The translations under genes and the position numbers were made by a program. From NCBI GenBank assembly GCA_963810095.1, contig CAWEMM010000012.1, forward strand, positions 32,001 to 96,000: a stretch of 64,000 bases of DNA, written 5' to 3'. The DNA is from an uncultured Chloroflexia bacterium. Lineage in GTDB: Bacteria; Chloroflexota; Anaerolineae; CG2-30-64-16. Numbering within the stretch: position 1 is the first letter of the stretch; every line of letters begins with the position of its first letter. Shown here one piece after another: positions 60,903 to 64,000 of the stretch. Below the pieces are notes generated by a model. That model saw nothing but the letters and a program-made list of their open reading frames with translations, did not search any database and had not been told where the DNA came from.

Positions 60903-61307
60903 TTATCCGCCCTCGGTGGGCGCACGCTCCACCAGGTCCCACTTATTGCCGTACAAATCCAGGAAGACTACGACCCACCCATATGCCTCGTGGCGAGGCA
61001 GCTCGACGAAACGCACGCCCGACGCCTTCATGCGCTCGTAGTCGCCCTGAAAATCGCCGGTTTGTAGAAAGAGAAACACCCGGCCGCCCGTTTGGTTGCC
61101 CACGTGCGCGGCCTGCTCGGGGGTGGCGGCGCGGGCCAACAGCAGGGCCGCACCCCCTTTCCCCCGCGGCGCGACCTGCACCCACCGTTTCCCGCCGTCG
61201 AGCGGCGTGTCTTCCACCAGCTCGAAGCCGAGTGCCCCGGTATAGAAAGCAATTGCTTCGTCGTAATCATCGACGAGTAAGGCGACCAATCCCAGCGACT
61301 GAGCCAC
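60903..61307 (-). CDS. VOC/glyoxalase family protein
   Basis: LLVDDYDEAIAFY, KRWV.V.P, GNQTGGRVFLFL, DLYGNKWDL. Confidence 0.88.
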   Translation of the reverse strand: MAQSLGLVALLVDDYDEAIAFYTGALGFELVEDTPLDGGKRWVQVAPRGKGGAALLLARAATPEQAAHVGNQTGGRVFLFLQTGDFQGDYERMKASGVRFVELPRHEAYGWVVVFLDLYGNKWDLVERAPTEGG

Positions 61308-61359
61308 GGCTGCCTCCTTACTGCGAGCGCTAACACACACCTGCCAGGTACGCGCCTCG

Positions 61360-61873
61360 TTACGCCGCGCCCATCAGCGGCTCCAGCCACTCGGCGTGTT
61401 CGAGATAATGGCCGTAGGTATTGCCCACGACGAAGGCGCCGAGCGGGTTGTCCTCGCCCGGGCGCCTCGGCTGCTGCAGCCGGTCGAAGGGAAAGCGCGC
61501 AATGGCGTCCACCGCGTCGTCGTGCGAGGCCCAGACCTCGGCCAACACGTCCGCCGGGGCTGCGCCCGCGGTTACGCCGGTATACCATATCGTTGATGCC
61601 CGTCTCGTCCAGGCTGCGCATTTCGGCCTCGCTCACACCCAGCACTTGGTGCTCCGGCTCGTTGCCCAGGTGACTGCGCACGAGCATCTGCTCCCAAAAA
61701 GCCAGGTGCGCCATGTGATCGACGACGGACCAGCCGCCGTTCCCCGGCGCAGCCAACCGGTCTTCGGGCAGGGCCAGCACTTTCTCACGCAGGGCCACCC
61801 ACTCGCGCTCAATCCTCTGCAACAACTCGGCCATGTCCTCGGGCGCATTCGGATACTTCTGTTCCTCACTCAT
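61360..61873 (-). CDS. DinB/ClbS-like four-helix-bundle protein (frameshift near 61555)
   Basis: WSVVDHMAHLAFWE...GNTYGHYLEH. Confidence 0.75.
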
Positions 61874-61889
61874 ATGTTCCCTCCTGCAA

Positions 61890-62697
61890 CTACTTACGAC
61901 TCTGTGACTTATGATACACCATCTGCTGCAAATCTGCCTCGGCCCGCCCGATCTTCGACTGGTAGATGCCCGAGCTGGCTCTGGAACGACGCACCCAGGT
62001 GGCTCGCCTGGTAGCCGGCCATCATCTGGTTCAGCCAGTCCTGCATCAGCGTGGAATCGGCCTCGCGGTACTGCCCGGTGAACGTGACCGTCTCCAGGGG
62101 CAGCTTCGGCGGCATGGGCGGGCGCGGGGCCTTGGGATAGCCGAACACGATGGTCATGATCGGGATAACACCCGGCGGCAGGCACAGGACGCCGGCCAGG
62201 TAGCCCGCATCGAGAAAGCCGGTGCGGCCCGTCTCCGAGAGCATGACGGATCCAACCCCGAGCGCCTCGGCTGCGACGTTCATCGCCATCGCGGCCAGCG
62301 AAGCGTTCATGACGCCAACCGTGTACTCGACGAGCGGGCTCTCAGGGAAAACGTCGAGGACGGCTCTCGCCCGGTGCGTGTCGGCCAGAATGATCACGGC
62401 GGCAGCGGCCTTGAACGGGACAGGCCGGCTAAACGTTTCGGTCCACTGCCCGGACGTGAATGCCGCAAAGCTCCAGGTTTGCAGGTTAACGGTGGAGGGC
62501 GCGAGCCGGCCCGCCTCGAGGATGGCCGCGAAAATGTCCTCGGGGATCGGTTCGTCGGTGAAGCTGCGCACCGTCCGGCGCTTCAGGAGAACCCCGAGGA
62601 GGGCGTTGTCCTCGAGTGAAGGGGGGATGTTCGGCCGGCCCCGCATGATGCGGAGCAGGCTGGTGACAAACACCCTGGGGGAGGGCGGTTTGAGCAT
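61890..62697 (-). CDS. Nitroreductase family protein (3' frameshift)
   Basis: RRTVRSF, APSTVNLQTW, AAEALGVGSV, FGYP. Confidence 0.85.
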
Positions 62698-62721
62698 GCT
62701 ATCCTCCGCTGAGGGCCCGGC

Positions 62722-64000
62722 CTAAATAGCCTGGCCCTTGAACTGGCTCATATACAGGCGATAGAAGAAGCCGCGGCGGGCCAACAAGTCCCCGTGCGTG
62801 CCTTCTTCCAGAATGCGGCCGTCGTCAATCACGAGCACCCGGTCCGCGTCCCGAATGGTGCTGAGCCGGTGCGCGATGACAAAGCTGGTGCGGGCACGCC
62901 CGGTCCCCGGGCGCGACATCAGCCGCAGCAGCGCGGCCTGGATGCGCGCTTCGGTGCGCGTATCGACCGAACTGGTCGCCTCGTCGAGGATCAGGATCGC
63001 GGGATCCGCGAGGATGGCCCGGGCGATGGCCAACAGCTGCCGCTGGCCCTGGCTCAGATTGCTGGCCCGTTCAGACAGCAGCGTCTGGTACCCCTGGGGC
63101 AGCTGCCGGATGAAGTGATCGGCGTCGGCCATCTCCGCGGCGGCTATGACCTCGGCGTCAGTCGCGTCGAGCCGGCCGTAGCGTATGTTGTCCATGACCG
63201 ATGCGGAAAACAAGAACGTATCCTGCAGCACCAGCCCGAGCTGGCGGCGCAGATCGGCCTTGCTGATGTCACGGATGTCGCGGCCGTCGATCTCGATGCA
63301 CCCTCCGCCGGCCTCATAGAAGCGGGTCAGCAGGTTAATGATCGTGGTCTTCCCCGCGCCTGTGGGGCCGACCAACGCGATCATCTGGCCCGGCTGCGCA
63401 TGCAGCGACATGTCCTTGATCACATGCTGGTCGGGGCGGTAGCCGAAGTCGACATTCTCGAAGCAGACGTCGCCACGGATGGCCGCCATAGCGGGCGCCG
63501 ACGCGGGCGCATCAGGCTCGGAAGGCGTATCGATGGTTTCGAAAATACGCTCCGCACCCGCCAGCGCGGCCTGGATCGAGTTGTAGATGTTGGCGATCTG
63601 CCGGAGCGGGTTGATGAAGTTCTGGCCGTAGACAATAAAGGTGGCGATGACGCCGACGGTCACCAGCCCGCGCAGCGCCAGGAACCCGCCCAGCCCCGCG
63701 AGCACGATCACGAAGAAGTTGCCCAGCACGTTCGTCAGGGGCATCAGGAGAAGCGCGTACGTGTTGGCCGAAACGCCCGACCGGTACACCGACTCGTTGC
63801 GCTCGCGGAATGCGGCCACGGCAGACTCGTTGCGACGGAACGCCGTAATCACCTTCTGGCCGCTGATCGACTCTTCCATGGTCGCGTTGAGCTCGCCGAG
63901 GTGCTTCTGCAGGTCACGAAACCCCCGGCGGGTATAACGGGCAACGAACTGGGTGAACCAGAACATGATCGGTACGACGAGCAGCGACGCCAGCGCCAGC
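62722..64000 (-). CDS. ABC exporter, fused permease/ATPase (5'-truncated by the window edge)
   Basis: GPTGAGKTT, LSQGQRQLL, LDEATSSVD, IAHRLST. Confidence 0.92.
   Translation of the reverse strand, partial: LALASLLVVPIMFWFTQFVARYTRRGFRDLQKHLGELNATMEESISGQKVITAFRRNESAVAAFRERNESVYRSGVSANTYALLLMPLTNVLGNFFVIVLAGLGGFLALRGLVTVGVIATFIVYGQNFINPLRQIANIYNSIQAALAGAERIFETIDTPSEPDAPASAPAMAAIRGDVCFENVDFGYRPDQHVIKDMSLHAQPGQMIALVGPTGAGKTTIINLLTRFYEAGGGCIEIDGRDIRDISKADLRRQLGLVLQDTFLFSASVMDNIRYGRLDATDAEVIAAAEMADADHFIRQLPQGYQTLLSERASNLSQGQRQLLAIARAILADPAILILDEATSSVDTRTEARIQAALLRLMSRPGTGRARTSFVIAHRLSTIRDADRVLVIDDGRILEEGTHGDLLARRGFFYRLYMSQFKGQAI

Overview
GC-rich bacterial chromosomal window. Gene style (Ala/Pro/Thr-rich lipoproteins, NBR1-Ig domain, BTAD-STAND regulator, AGAAACCGGGTTTCT palindromes) suggests Chloroflexota, probably Anaerolineae-like; this is inference. 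Many genes are split by single-base frameshifts, densest at 4.7-11.4 kb and most likely long-read indel errors, so several CDS calls are reconstructed across frames and have approximate ends. Contents in order: the end of a rhamnose ABC operon plus rhaM; an extended arsenic operon (arsR-trx-acr3-gcvH-like-DGC-DGC-osmC-like-arsC-arsR-double methyltransferase/arsM); an M23/GH/NBR1-Ig protein; a four-gene CHAT-FGE / SIR2-like / nSTAND1-TM-WD40 / secreted PPC cluster; housekeeping genes; a large multi-GH protein; treS; two small paralogous secreted proteins with matching 11-bp-periodic upstream repeats next to an AfsR/SARP-type BTAD-STAND-TPR regulator; a radical SAM gene; an orphan antitoxin; an ABC exporter; a truncated KdpD/KdpE pair followed by a small membrane protein instead of kdpFABC; two BaeSR-like systems; yqeB-larA; small redox/metal genes; and a partial ABC exporter. 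No rRNA, tRNA, CRISPR array, transposase or integrase was seen. Best candidates for undescribed systems: the NLR-like CHAT/SIR2/STAND cluster, the lipoyl-carrier (GcvH)-DGC-OsmC module inside the ars operon, and the SARP-regulated secreted peptide pair.
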